From the human T2T-CHM13v2.0 reference genome, Homo sapiens, in the NCBI RefSeq assembly GCF_009914755.1, contig NC_060925.1: a stretch of DNA of 64,000 nucleotides; one strand, 5' to 3'. This document shows, piece by piece, positions 41,107 to 54,667 of this stretch (its first letter is position 1; every line of letters starts with the position of its first letter). Under the pieces are notes generated by a model that made no database searches, was not told where the DNA came from, and worked only from the letters and a program-made list of their open reading frames with translations. The translations under genes and the position numbers were made by a program.

Positions 41107-43699
41107 TTTCAAATAAAGTCATACTCAGAAATACACAATACACACAAGTACAGTTGCCCCAGCTATGGAAATGGTAATTGTGAATTGAAAGGGAACTGGA
41201 CCTCTTTGCAAATTATTCATATAAGGTATTCATATAATGGTATTAATATAATGGTATTGGTGTAAAATTAGGTATAGTTATAGAGAAGAAGTGAGAAGAA
41301 AAAGAAAACAGAACAATGTAACAATTGCCATACAACAGAAAGTTTAAAGAAAAGATAAAACCACACTTCACGTTTTTTATAAATGACTGAATTTTAAATT
41401 TCAATTGAATGACACTTAAAATTCCCAAGATGGAAATGGGTTACCCACAAGCCACCCTCTGCCGTCATTCTGTAATTACAAATTAAACAATGTCACAAAG
41501 TAAATGAGGTTGATAATTTGTTATGGTTTTATAGCATCATAAGTATAATGACAATTTGATGTTATGCCTTGTATTAAAAATACGTAGCTACATTAAAGTC
41601 TAAACAAATAGTGTTTAAACTAGCTTGCATATAAATTTATCTTTGAAGAATGGTTTTGCTAAAGGAATAGTAGGCACAAAACACTACTAAAATAATGATA
41701 GATCAGTAAATGTGCATCAAAAATAATAAAAGACTTGTGATGAAATATAGATTTGAATTGAAATATAGACATGGATCACCTCTATAAATACATTGTGGAT
41801 TTTAAACTATCCCGTGAGAAGAAGTATCCAGATCAAAAAAGATTGCATAACACTGTGCAGCCAATAATGGACAATTTATAGACGTGTATTTCTCTGATTG
41901 TATGAGTTATAGGAAAGGAAAAAAATGGGCTATGCTCCATGCCTCTTACTGGAAGCAAGTTTTTGCCTTGATCAGGCATACTATATTCACTAAACTAACA
42001 CACACACAAAAATTCTCAAAATCCATTTATGACAACTCAAATATAGAAGAAAAGGGGAAAATCAAAGCATCTATATGAATTAGCTGGACAAGTAAAAGTA
42101 GGAGAGGAAGATATTTTTCATTTTGACCAGAGAAATTTGCTCATAGAGAATGGTTAAGAAAACTAAAAGAACAGAGGTGTCAAAGTGTTAAAAGTAACTC
42201 TTAAATTGCTCTGGAGAGAAATATCAGCAGAAATAGAATATAAGTGTCCAGTAACCTACAATATTTCTTGTTAGTATTTTATTTTCCCTAAAAAATATAC
42301 TTCAGAAATCCCTTACATGAAATGAAAAAAGTAGTTCTGCTCTTCTTGAACAATGCATTTCTCAAAGCAATACTTATGAATTATTTAACCTTTCCTTATT
42401 TATTTATCTAGTGAATAATGATTAGGCAATAACTTAAACGAAAGAGTTAGAGTTCAAAATAAATTGTTCACTGCTTCATATATTAACGTACATCTTAAGA
42501 ACAAATAGCTAACTGCAGTTCAAAAAAAATAGTGTGAGACGTGGATATCAAACCAGAAAGATTTTGTTCCTGGTTTGAGGAGTATTTTGCAGTGCTAAAT
42601 TACCTTAATATATCCACTTTAATCTGATTCCTTTTTCTATGGGCAACAAACAAAAGCCTTTTATGCAAATGATCAAGAGGATACTGTGATGAAAACTCTG
42701 CAGTTAGGAGTTGGAATCTAGTAAAGCCTTTACTGACTTGATTTTAGATGGCTGATGAATCATCTAAAATCTATTTGCTATGCATCGCTTTCTTCACTTG
42801 TACCTCGATGGCATGCTATTACAGAGATCTTGGATTTCTAGTAATCAAATATTATGATCAGGAAGCATTGACATTGCATAATATATCTCATTTTATAGTC
42901 CTTTCTGAGAAGCCGATCACTGTACAATATAAATGATGAAAGGAGTAAAATGAAGTCAAAAGGGAGTGAAATGAATAATCCAAATTCTCAGTAGGGAAAC
43001 TATGTTATTGAAAGTAGAACACAAAATATTTGATACCAAGACAATTGCTGAGCCAGTTTTTACTCAAAAGTTATAATTTTTAAAATGAAATTTCACTAAC
43101 CAATGTAGCTGGGATCACTCATTGCACAATACAATGAACAATTGATTAAGTAGACCCTTTGGTATTAAGTGCCAGGAAGCTTTATGTTAAGTAACTTAGG
43201 AAGAAAATGTGAAAAAAGGTGGAGTCAGTGCAGTGTACAGGGTTATATGCATTTTTAACTGTTGTAAGTCACATAGCAAAAAATGCCTACTTAGATACAA
43301 TCATGTTGAAGAAATAGTGACCACACTGCATTTACTGGCAAGAAATTGATTTGCTTGATATCATCTAAGAAGTAGAGACTCTGTGTTCCAATTTGTACCA
43401 GGCAGCAGAGATACATATATACTGTTCTGGTTTCTCTTCATGATAGAAATGCAACTGGCTATTAGAAGTATTATTATTATTTCCTTAATTGATGCTTGTG
43501 ATCCTCTGAAACAAAATGGATTTAGCAGTTCGTATTATACCAGACTTAATTTGAGAATAAAACAACAAAGTTTCAATAGCTTTTTGTTTGTCTCCAAGTT
43601 TAGAAATGCCACGTATCTATCCATTTTCACCATCTCCACTGTTTCCATCATAGATGAATATCCTGTCAATGTTCATGCAGACCTTCTCAGTAACTGGAC

Positions 43700-44060
43700 C
43701 CCTACAATATTTTACATGGTCTTTCTATCCATTCTCCACGCTGCAACCAGAGTTAACTTTTCCTAATGCAAATCTGTGTCACACAGCAAAATACTCCACT
43801 CAAAACCTGCTAATAGCTACCCATTGCTCATAAGATGAACCTGATCTATCTATAAATCTGCCTATATGTTTTGTATAACTTACACTTCTCCATGCTGCAG
43901 GCACCCTAGGTTTTATTCAATTCTTTGCATCTCTTGCATGCCCTCAAGCCTTTGCATAGGCTCTTTCTTAGTCTAGAATGCTTTTTCCATTCTCCCCATT
44001 CTCCATTAGCTTACTTACTTCCTAGTCTCCCTTTTAAAACTCAGTTCAAGCTTTACTTTG
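43700..44060 (+). mobile_element. L2 fragment
   Basis: tccattctccacgctgcaaccagag...gcctttgcataggctctttc...tagaatgct. Confidence 0.65.
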
Positions 44061-44069
44061 TTTAGTTTT

Positions 44070-47000
44070 TAAATTCCGTCACAGATTGGTATTGCTTTAT
44101 TCCAATGTACCCATGTCAGAATATATTTATATGTGTTAATTCTAAGTGTTAAAAAGTTTTTCACAAAAAAATATAGAATACAGGAAAGTGCACAAAACAA
44201 AAAAGACCTGCTCAATGATTTATCATTAAAAAATAAATGATGTACCCACCACACAGGAGGTAGAATTTTGCATGCATTATCCATGCCCAATTCATGCCTA
44301 TACTCAATGAATGCACATTCTCAACACTCCTCCAAACGGAAGCATTGTTATGACTTGTCTGTTGAAAACCCGAAGAATTTTACTATCTAAGCATATATCC
44401 CAAACACAAAAAGCATGGATTTGTTTGCATTTTTTTCTTTTGAGCATGATAGAAATGAAATCAAAAACTAACTATTCTTTGTTTTGATTGTTGATAATGT
44501 AGGTCTTTCAGCTTTATTATTTGTACTCAAAACTGCCTACATAATTTTTGGTTGTTAGCATTTCAAAATAAACTTTTGAATTAAATTTTCAATTTTCTCC
44601 AAAACAAAAATGAAAATGCCTTACTGGAATTTCATTAAATCTGTTGATAAACATAAAAAAAGAGATATATTGGCAAAAATAGTTTTCCAATTTATGTACA
44701 CGATACAGTCCTCCATTTGTGTAACTCTTATTTAATTGATCTCTACATTGTCTTATAGTCTCCAGTATAGACAACTTGCACATTTTTAGTTGGATTTATT
44801 TCTAGGTGTGCTTTTTCATTCTAAGTTGTATCAGTTTTTAAATGTCATTTTCTATTTGTTTCTAGAATATAAAAATGTAATTAATTTTGTTCAGTTCCTT
44901 GTATCTGGGATCCTTTATATAATAAATTCAGTTATTATATTTAATCATTTTTGTGGATCATTTTGGATTTTCTGCATACACAATAATGTTACCTGTGCAT
45001 AATGACATTTTTATTTCATACTTTCAATACATACTTACAGCTTCTATTTTTATTTTCCTAACTTACTGTTATGGCTAGAGCATTTAATACAATACAACAT
45101 AGATAAAAAGAAATGAACATTTACATCTTGTTCCTGTCTCAAAGGGAAAACTTTCAACATTTCAAAACAAGGTATAATGTTTACTGTAGGGTTTTTGTGA
45201 TACCTTTTACGTAAGTAAAAATGGTTTATGTAGATGCCATTTGTTAATTGTAATACATGTTATTAAATGTTATTGATCCCTTCTATATTTTGATCTCCTC
45301 TATTATATGTTTATTTTCTAGGTTAATTTTGTGCTCACCTTTCTTATTTCCTTCTTTTTATGTTTTGTTAATATTATTTTTGTTCTTTTTCTAAAATTTT
45401 AATATTATTAGGTCATTGATTCTTAACTACCTCAAGTACTGATTGATTCTAATTTCACAGGTTTTTATGTATTTTAATTTTATCATCATTCTTCTGAAAA
45501 TAATTTCTTATTTTATTTTATTATCATTTTATTATAGTATTATTTCTTCTCTGGCAATAAAAATATTCGTGGTGTAAATTTTTTGATTTCTAGATAAATG
45601 TATTTTTTAACAGAGAATATGTACTGAAAAATTTTGATCGTTTGAAATGTATGGAGACTCAATGGTTAATTTTTTCAAAGGTTTTACATTCATTTGAAAG
45701 GAATGTGTATTCTTCATTTCTTGCGTACTCTATACTAATATGTTAATTAAATCAAGTTTGGTATTTCTGTTGTTCAAATATTCCATATCATCATTGATTC
45801 TTCTATTAGTTACAAATTGGAAGTATTAAAATATGCCACTAAAAATTGCAGATTTGCCTCCTTTTCATCGTGGGTCTATGTACTATATGTTTTAAAGCCA
45901 TGCTACTGAATACAGATAAATACAGATATCTTAGTTCCTTTATTATTATTGTTTTCCTCTTTGGCCCTACTTAGGCATCCTTCTTATTTGGTCTGCTATT
46001 AATGTAGCTACACTTTTTCACTTGAATAATGTTTGAATGTTGATGATAGTGTTTTTTTCTCACATTTTACTTGCATTTTTCTGAATCCTTATGTTTTACA
46101 TGAACCTTCTAAAAATAACATTGTTAGGATTTGTTTTTATTTGGTCTGAACTTTGTATTTTAAATGGAATTTAATCAGTTTACATTTAATATAACTACTG
46201 TTAGATTTGTATTTAAATCTATCATCCTACTATGTGCTTTCTATTTGCCATACCTGTTCTATATTTTTGTCTCTTCTTTCTTGCTTTTTTCCTTGATTCA
46301 GCATTACTTGCTATTCCATTCCCCTCTTCTGCCTCTTGCAAGTTATGCATTCCTTCACTATGCCCTTAATAATTACCCTAGAGATTAGAACATATTTTTT
46401 TCACCAATGTCTAATATTAACTGATATTTTTACATTTTATCCAGACAATGCATGGACTTTTAAACACTTTACTTTTACTTCTTTCCTGACATTTATGCCA
46501 TGCATGTCATATATTTTAATTCTACATAAATTTTAGAATGCTCAAATTATTATTATTATCATACCGTAAGGACAAGGTCAATACTTAGATGTTTAACATT
46601 TTCACAACTTTTTATTCTTGCCTATATTCCTGATCTTCTGTCTTGTAATGAATGATCGTGTCCCCCACAAAATTCATATGTTGAAGGCCTACTCATCAAT
46701 GTGATAGCATTTGGGCATATGGATGTGAAACCTTTTGGAAGTAATTAGGGTGAGATAAGTTCATGAGGGTAGGGCCCTCATGAGAGAACTGCTGTCCTTA
46801 TCAGAAGAGACACCATAGAGGAGCTCTCTCTCTCTCTCTCTCCAGCTTCCTCTACCCCAGAGAAAGTCACATGAGCACAGAGCAAGAAGGAAGTCATCTG
46901 TGAGCCACGAAAACAGCCCCTCACCAGAAACTGAATTGGTTGGCAGCTTGATCTCAGAGTTAGCCTGCGGGACTGTGAGAAATAAATTTCTATTGTTTGA

Positions 47001-47600
47001 CATGCAGCCTGTGGTCTTGTTATAGCAGCCCAAGCTTACTAATACACATCTAGAATGATTTCTTTTCTGGAGAACATTCTCTATTATTTTCTTAACTGTG
47101 AGTTTAGGTTTAGAATTTTGGTTTAGCAAATATTATCTCTCAGAAATTCATAATTTTTTATGTCTTCATTTTCCACTTTCTCTTGTACTTATTATTATAT
47201 CAGTTCTTATTCTAATTATCACCTCTATAATGATACTATAATGATAATATATCTTCTTTTTCTTCTCCCTTTTCATAATTTTCTCTTAATTTTCTTGCTT
47301 ACAGTTGATTTTCTATGGTTTATCCAAGTGAGGATTTATTTTTCCTGGAGTTCATAGGGCTTCTCCAGTGAGTAAATTGATGTTTTTCATTTTTTAAAAA
47401 ACGTTATTAGCCATTTCCCCTGTCTCCTTTGATAGACTATAAACTTTATAAAAATGGGATTTATATCTGTTATTTTAGTTGCTCTTATATTCCAGCACAC
47501 AGTTTTTGATAAATGTATGTTGATTTATCAACAATTCTGGGAGGTCCTCTTGATATGTCCTTCCTTACTCTTTTCTATTCTGATTTCAACATCTGCCCCT
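44070..47600 (-). mobile_element. Highly degraded L1ME-type LINE-1 segments (interrupted by an MLT1 LTR)
   Basis: T-rich antisense L1 motifs: ggaatttcattaaatctgt, cttgttcctgtctcaaagggaaaactttcaacattt, tttgaaaggaatgtgtattct. Confidence 0.7.
46644..47046 (+). mobile_element. MaLR solo LTR (MLT1A/B-like)
   Basis: tgtcccccacaaaattcatatgttgaag...actgtgagaaataaatttct...actaataca; flanks tgtct/catct fit a CpG-decayed 5-bp TSD. Confidence 0.88.
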
Positions 47601-50429
47601 TGTGCCTCTCAGTATTCTGTCCTTAAACACACTATGGTTCCTATTGCATTGAAAGCACAGTGCTTCTCAGGCAAGGCAGTCACCTGTGGGTGTATTCAGC
47701 TATGCCATCTGGGTGAACACAGACATGAAATAACTGTGGCCCAGGCTTCAGAGGCATTTGGGTAAATAGTTTTACAATAAAGTTAAGCAATTTAATTACA
47801 TACTTGAAATATTTGTATACATAACAAACACAGGTGGAAAAGAGCCATAGTTTTCAAGATGGTTCTAAGAAACCTCAGTCTGCAGCAGAGCCATCTCTGT
47901 AATGAGTGTGTGGGGTGTATATTCCCAAGTATTTTATATGTTTATCTGTCTACTTTGGATTGAATTTTCTATCAAAAATATAAATAGTGAATAAAAGGGG
48001 TCTGAAAGCCATTTGAAAAAAACTCCAAACAGCATTCTTTAAAAAGAAGAGTTATAAATGCCAAGCATTCAGGCTATCTTCCCTGGTCCCCATTCTCTCT
48101 TCATTAGGGAAATTTCAGAAGCGCTGTGTGCACTTTAATTCAGAATTTACTTGTATATCTTCAAGATTTTAGACATTGGGATGGCATAACTTTTGCTTTT
48201 AGTCATCTTTATATTCTCCAAGCCTAGCACAGTTAAAAAATAAGAACTGAATAAATGAGTGGATGAATACATGAATTATATTATGTATTGTAGCCATTTT
48301 ATGTCTTTGAGAATCACTTCTTTAGAAAAAAAGGAGTTAATAGGTGGCAGCACAAACCATGAACAATTCTCAGGAAAGGCCATTCAAAAATTAAAGTAAA
48401 TGAAAAGATATAAAAGCTTTATCTACAAAAGGTAAGCACTTCTGACATGATCTGTTTCAGCAATGTTAGTAAAGCTAGACTGGAACAACTGACGTTCTAC
48501 ATAATCATTTCAGTTAATATATTCACTCTAACCTATTTTGCATCTATTTGTTTATTGCTGCATAAACAGAAGTGAAAGATCTACTGTTTGCTAGCTACTT
48601 AACTTTTGTGAGTGTAGCATAATTATAAGTGAATTGATAAGTAATGAAAACATTAAGTGTTGTGTAAAGATTATGACTCCAGTGCCTAGTAGGGCAATTA
48701 AATTTGATGTTTGTTACTGTGTCTCACAGTGAATAATGATACGTTTCCCCTGTGACTATGTAAATAGCTGATTGATAACAATAAAGAAGTGATTATGAAG
48801 GCCAATTCTACTCATTATTAAATATGTGACTAAGCAATTCATTTGACAATGAAAGTGATTGGTAGCAAACACTGTAATATGGCACAGATGAGATCAATGT
48901 TGGACCGTAATGAGTGTAAAATGGTAAATGCTTTTTTTTTTAATTTATTGATCTGTGAGAGGAGCAAGAAATGAACATCATGGAGCATTAGTATTTGTAA
49001 GCTGTGACTTGATTGCCAATTCATTTGCCTGACACTAATAAATAAATAATAAAATGAAATATAGCCAACATTTTCAGAAAGTAAAATTATATTAAAACCC
49101 AATACATTGCACATGGTGTGGATCCAATGAATATATGTTATTAAGTTGTTTTTATTCTTTTGTTTGTTTGTTCCTTTCTTAACATTCCTTGTAGCAATAA
49201 ATACTTTAATAAATAAATAGTCCTTTTAAAACTAATTTTGTCAGATATGTAAAAATCTAAGGTCTTTTATTTTCACATTTGACTCAAGTAATAATCAACA
49301 GCAGGTCCAAGAATGAAACACATGGATAATAATAAATCAAGAAGTCTTTGTATCACATCTGGATTGCCCAACAGTCAGGCCAAATATTTGCTGAAGGAAT
49401 GAGCAAAGAAGACCATAAAAATCATTTTTGGAAAGATTTTTTAAAAATAAAATGCACAGTACTAGTTATAACAAGAACTGTTAAGACTGTGTTGTACTGT
49501 CCTAAATTTATTTGATGATTTTGTATTATTTTGTATTGAATTACATTAAGCTGAGTGGAGGCTGGAAGGTAACATAAATTATAGGGTGATATAAAAGTCT
49601 TAATAAGGCCCAGCCTTTAGATAAATATAAAAAGCTGCCTTAGCCTCTGAAGAATAAATTAAACTCCACACATGAGGATGAGGAAATAGTACCTGAATGA
49701 CACCGTCTTTTTTTCACAAGGTTGACGGAAGTGTTTACTGGGGTTTGGACATATACTGCCCCTGTTTTAGAGACTGAGGCTTTAAGAGTAGAGAACAGAA
49801 GGCACAGTTTAGAAGACACCTGATGGTTCATATGATGTTGTCCTGTTTCTCGGAACAAAATTTAACCAAAATTTTAAAGAAAAACACATTGTTTTAAATT
49901 ACATTGCACTGGTTATTTTAGAGCCTAGGCCTTTTTGAAGCATGATCGTCTTTCTGTATTTTTAGAATAATTTTATTAAAGTCAGAAATAGGCCTTTAAA
50001 TTTGCAAGGTGAAAATTATCATACTAAAAGATAAATTAGTAATTCTGAAAAATGTTTTACTATAAAAACACAACTTTTACAATAACGGCAAATCTTTTTT
50101 TTTTTTTTTCACCACAATTAACCATCTGGCAAATGAGTTATAATTAGGTCATCATTTGGTAATGTGATTTCAATAGACAAAAAGAATACTAATAATACAA
50201 TGAGCCAAATTTCATTATTAATATAATTCATTATAATTTCTCTAGCACTTCAGTTTTGTTTTAAATGACTCTATTTGTTAATCTTTCTACATCTCTTTCA
50301 TGAAGATGAATAATACAACACATTCTCAATTGATAGACATGGAAACTGAAGATAAATGCCAAGTAATTTATCCGTGGCAATTTCTAAAAAGGCTATGTTA
50401 TTTATGTAGCCTCCGGTAACTTCAGACAC

Positions 50430-51110
50430 AATTAATTCAACAAACATTTACTGGATACCTACCATGTATCAACACTGTATTGGCCATTATCCACCATGAA
50501 GACAACATAGGCTGTGACATAAATGAGTTGAGAGAAAGAAGTGAGAGAAAATTATAAATGCATGTTGCAAAGTAAAGTTCAAAATCACCAAACTACCAAG
50601 AGAATAGGATTTGCCTGGAAACTATAAAATGGATCACAAGAATGTATTTCAAGAAGTTTACCAGATGACTAATTGGCTATGGGAATTTGTGAGAAAAAAA
50701 GAGTCTAGAATTTTTCTTTCTTTTTTTTCTTTTTTAAAAATTGAATTGATATCATTGATGGTACTGTGCTCAATATGGGCAATTCATGAGAAGTAGAAGC
50801 TTGGGAAGAGAAAGTAATTAATTCAATTTCTATGTGATCAAATTTGAGTCTTGATGGCACTTCAGATATGTAGCGTAAGAACTTGCTAAGTTCTAGAGAT
50901 ATTGATTATGAAACAGTTAATACCATTGAGGGGAATCAAAAAGGTTGGCCAGGGAGAATATATTGAGTAAGAATAGATAAGGCTGAGAATGAGGTTCTGG
51001 GGCAACATTTATGCTTGAATGATGAAAAGAAGGAAAGAGGCCAGCAAAGTATCTTAAGTGGCAATGGTCAGAAGTACAAAAAGAAGCAGAAAGTGGTATC
51101 ATGGAAACTT
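50430..51110 (-). mobile_element. L2 fragments
   Basis: attcaacaaacatttactggatacctaccatgt; ggctgagaatgaggttctggggcaacattt. Confidence 0.55.
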
Positions 51111-51149
51111 CCTCCCCACCCTGAAAAATATATATATCACAAGAAGATT

Positions 51150-51620
51150 AAATCACCCACGGTTTTTCTTTTATTTTTCTGCATTGATACTGTATAAAAA
51201 AACCCACAAGATATCAGTGCTTACAACAAAGCATTTATTTTCTGGCATATTGATCTATGAGTCAGCAAGGGCAGCTCTGCTTCATGTTTTGGGCAGTGCC
51301 AGGCCTGGCTACAGTTATAGGTTGGGTTCAGGTGTCCACCATGTGTCTCCTTGTTCTCTCCAGACCACCACTAGCTGGAAATGTTCTCAAGCAACATGGA
51401 AAGAGCATGAGAAGCCAAGCATATTAGAGCCCTGGCTCATGTCGTATCCGTTAATAGTCTATGGGTCCAAGCAAATCACATGTCAAAGGATCAGCAGTAT
51501 ATACTCCACATACACTAGTAATAGAGGCTTTGCAAAGTCACCTGGAAAAGAGCACAGGTTTATAATTCTATAATATGGACAGAGTGAAGAAATAAAAACT
51601 GTAATCCAATCCAATCTGTA
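51150..51620 (-). mobile_element. Old MaLR LTR (MLT1H/I-like)
   Basis: cagtgcttacaacaaagcatttattt, gggcagctctgct, ccaagcaaatcacatg, tgcaaagtcacctgg. Confidence 0.65.
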
Positions 51621-53605
51621 ACAGAATAATGTGGTCAACTGTCAAGGATCAATTAAGGGAAGAGCCAGATAGAGCGGAGTCTACGGTTTTTGTAATAACT
51701 CACTCATTTCCAAGTATAAAGGTTTAGGGGAAATGAGAATTTCTTGTAGCATATATTCTCTCCTCTATTCTACAGAGAAATATAAATACCTGAGGAGATT
51801 TGTAAAAATACCTATGCTTGAAACCAGATCAATTAAATCAAATGTACTGAGGCTGAAAGGCAAACTTTAAAAAAAAATTTTTACAATTCCTCAAGGGACT
51901 GTAATATGCAGGAAGGGTTTTACAGAAGTAAACAGTCTCCACTTTGCAAGGGATGTTAGAAAAATAGTCACAGTATAGCATAGTTTTAATTTTATGTATA
52001 TGCATGTACATGTGGTATTACATGTATATGTATATGTAATATATATGCAAATATGTATATGTATACACACACGTTACAAGGGAAAAGAGAGAGATACAAA
52101 CATCATGTTTACCTCTGAATGATGGGTTTGAAAATGCTTATGATTTTATTATTTATACTTTTTTACATTTTTAAATTTTCTGCAATGGAATGTATGACTT
52201 CTAAACTCTGAGATAATAAATCAACATTAATAAGTAAAAATTCAGACTAAATTAGATGCCCAGGGTCAAAACTGCAAAATATTAATAATTCACAAAAACA
52301 GAGAATAGTCTTCCAGAATGAAGATGTGAAAATTATTGAATATCTGAAGGAAAAGAAAAAACTGAGAGCCAACTATTTCCTATAAGTGGTCAGCATGTTC
52401 TAAAAGATCATGATGAGGGCTAAAATGTAGTGATATACTTTTATTTGAATCTAAACTATTTCAACCCAGAATTTTGTCATAAGGGTCTGACTATACTCTG
52501 AAATATCAGGTGAAAATAAGATTGAGAATAAGTTAGTGACAGTTCAGTGTCCAATATGCATTTTTCTTCTCTGCCTTTCATGAAACTTGATAGGTTAAAA
52601 TTGATCCTTTCATACCATGAAATGGGATAATTTTTCATCTCAGTTTGATCTTATCAGGCATCCTGTACCTCTCCACTTGATGATAAAAAATAAAACATAC
52701 CACTCCGATGGAAAAAAAAATGAAGAAAACTGAAATAAAATAGAGATGGAGGAAAAGTAGCAATTGCCGAAAGTTTGGATATATAAATATGCAAATGTAA
52801 CATATCCCAGGCTTTAACTCAGTTGATTTGTTGGGCCTTCACAAAAGATATGGGCAAATTTATGGCCCATTTTTTTCCTGTCTTTCTAAAAAATTATTTT
52901 GTTTTTGAGCACTGAAAAGGGAAGACTGTCTGTATTTTTGTAAATAAATGTGCCTGTGGTTTGTGAGATCTAGGCACATATGTTTCAAGCATAAATGTTT
53001 TCTACTGGGAACTCTATAGAAAACCTATTATTGAGAGTTAGATGATTTCATGCCTCATAAGTTTAACACTAACTGGCAGAAGTCAAAAAGAATTAACTTT
53101 TTTGCAACTGTGTCACAACTCCAAACATTGTGCCAAACATCCCAGTTTTTAAAAATTGACTGGGTAGAAACATCCATTTGTAGTTGATGTCTGTGTTGAA
53201 CTCCTGACAATGACTGTTGTTGCTTTTATTATTTAGGTAGTTATTGTTCTTATTGTTTTTAAATGTGAACCAAATATATGCCCCTTTAATTACAAAATAT
53301 AAACTACACTTTTTCAACCACACTGGTGGCTTTACATAAAACTAGCATTGCAACAATGACTTCTTTAATAATCCTACACTTGCTTCCATATGAATGTTAA
53401 CATTACTGCAGAAAATCCAAAGTTTGTGGTTATAAAGACACGAACACTAAAGAAAGAAAATTAAACAATATTTTCTTTAATAAAAGACTCTGAATATTTA
53501 CATTCTAATTAAGAAAAGTTTAGTGGCTGGCCTAATCATGGTAATGGTGGAAATGAAGCATATGAATTCCCAGCCCCATACTCTGTATCTTTCCTTTATC
53601 CACAG

Positions 53606-53674
53606 GCAAGATTCAGGGAGCAGAGACACATGAACTCTCCCTATGACACCCCTAATGACCATTGCTTAGTAGAG
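53606..53674 (+). other. Candidate 69-nt exon
   Basis: Acceptor tctttcctttatccacag|G and donor GAG|gtaata; no transcript evidence. Confidence 0.3.
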
Positions 53675-54635
53675 GTAATACCCTTTCTCTAATACAAAAC
53701 CCATTAACCTGAAGACACCCAAAGACCTCCATACTCAAACTGAGGTTTAAGTTCTGCCTGTACATCTCTTCAACCACAATTGACCTCAAGGAGAAAACTA
53801 TAGCAAATGTGCTCAGCATGCGGTAATCCTGTATTGGGCCATGAAGGAGGAGATATAATCCTTCTCCCAGTTGAAAGCTCAAAGGGAGGCCAAGCTCTTG
53901 TTACATTAGTATAGAGAGTGTGCTAGTATAGGGTAGCACCACTCACTGAAAAAGGGGATAAAGTTTTTATGACCCCAGAAACACAGGAGAGAGGTTCATT
54001 CTCACTCCTAAGGAACAATGAACTTAACTGTTGTTCCTTTAGCATGGGGGGATTCCTTTACCATTTCTGTAGATTAGTACCACCTATTGAGCCAGGCTAT
54101 TTTTATGCAGGGTACAAGGTTACAATGAGATTTCACTTTCTAGAAAAAGAGCAAACAACAAAGATCAGTAACCAGATTCAGAATAAAGTAGTGTCTATGT
54201 GCTTTGTTAAGTATGAAGAGAAACAGAAAATTTCAAGCATCCAAAGATGATTTCAATCAATGGAACTGCTTCTTCTCCCCTCATTGCACCCATGGGAACT
54301 GCTTTTGCTTATTAACCGCACTGAGAAAGATCAATTGCAACCTGTCGCTTTGATAGAAGAAGTAACTGTTCGTTGCACTCAAGCAAGTCTTCTTTTTTAA
54401 AAAAAATTTTGAATAGGAAATGCCACAGACATGTATGGCATTTAAAATATTGTATTCTTAGTACATCGATTTTGAGAACAGTTATTTAATGATATTTAAT
54501 GAATTGCAATTATTACTATAGACACAATCTCATAATACAGCATTTATTTAGGCTTTGGAGTAAAAGGGAGTGTTTGTACAAACCTTTTTTTTTTTTTTTT
54601 CTGTAATTGAAATGTTATTTACCTCTTCCTAACAG

Positions 54636-54667
54636 AGCGAGCCGTCTGTATAGAGTGGTATCTAAAG
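54636..54667 (+). other. Candidate 32-nt exon
   Basis: Acceptor tttacctcttcctaacag|A and donor AAG|gtaatg; two CpGs in a CpG-poor context; no transcript evidence. Confidence 0.35.

Noticed and set aside
40822-41112. Repetitive ORF (CNFKYNYNTK)n and CRISPR-like regular spacing
   Set aside because: A head-to-tail 30-bp minisatellite with no unique spacers, in a primate genome with no cas genes.
51058-51573. Longest ORF in the window (171 aa)
   Set aside because: Runs across L2 and MLT1 remnants, has a non-ATG start and no recognisable domain.
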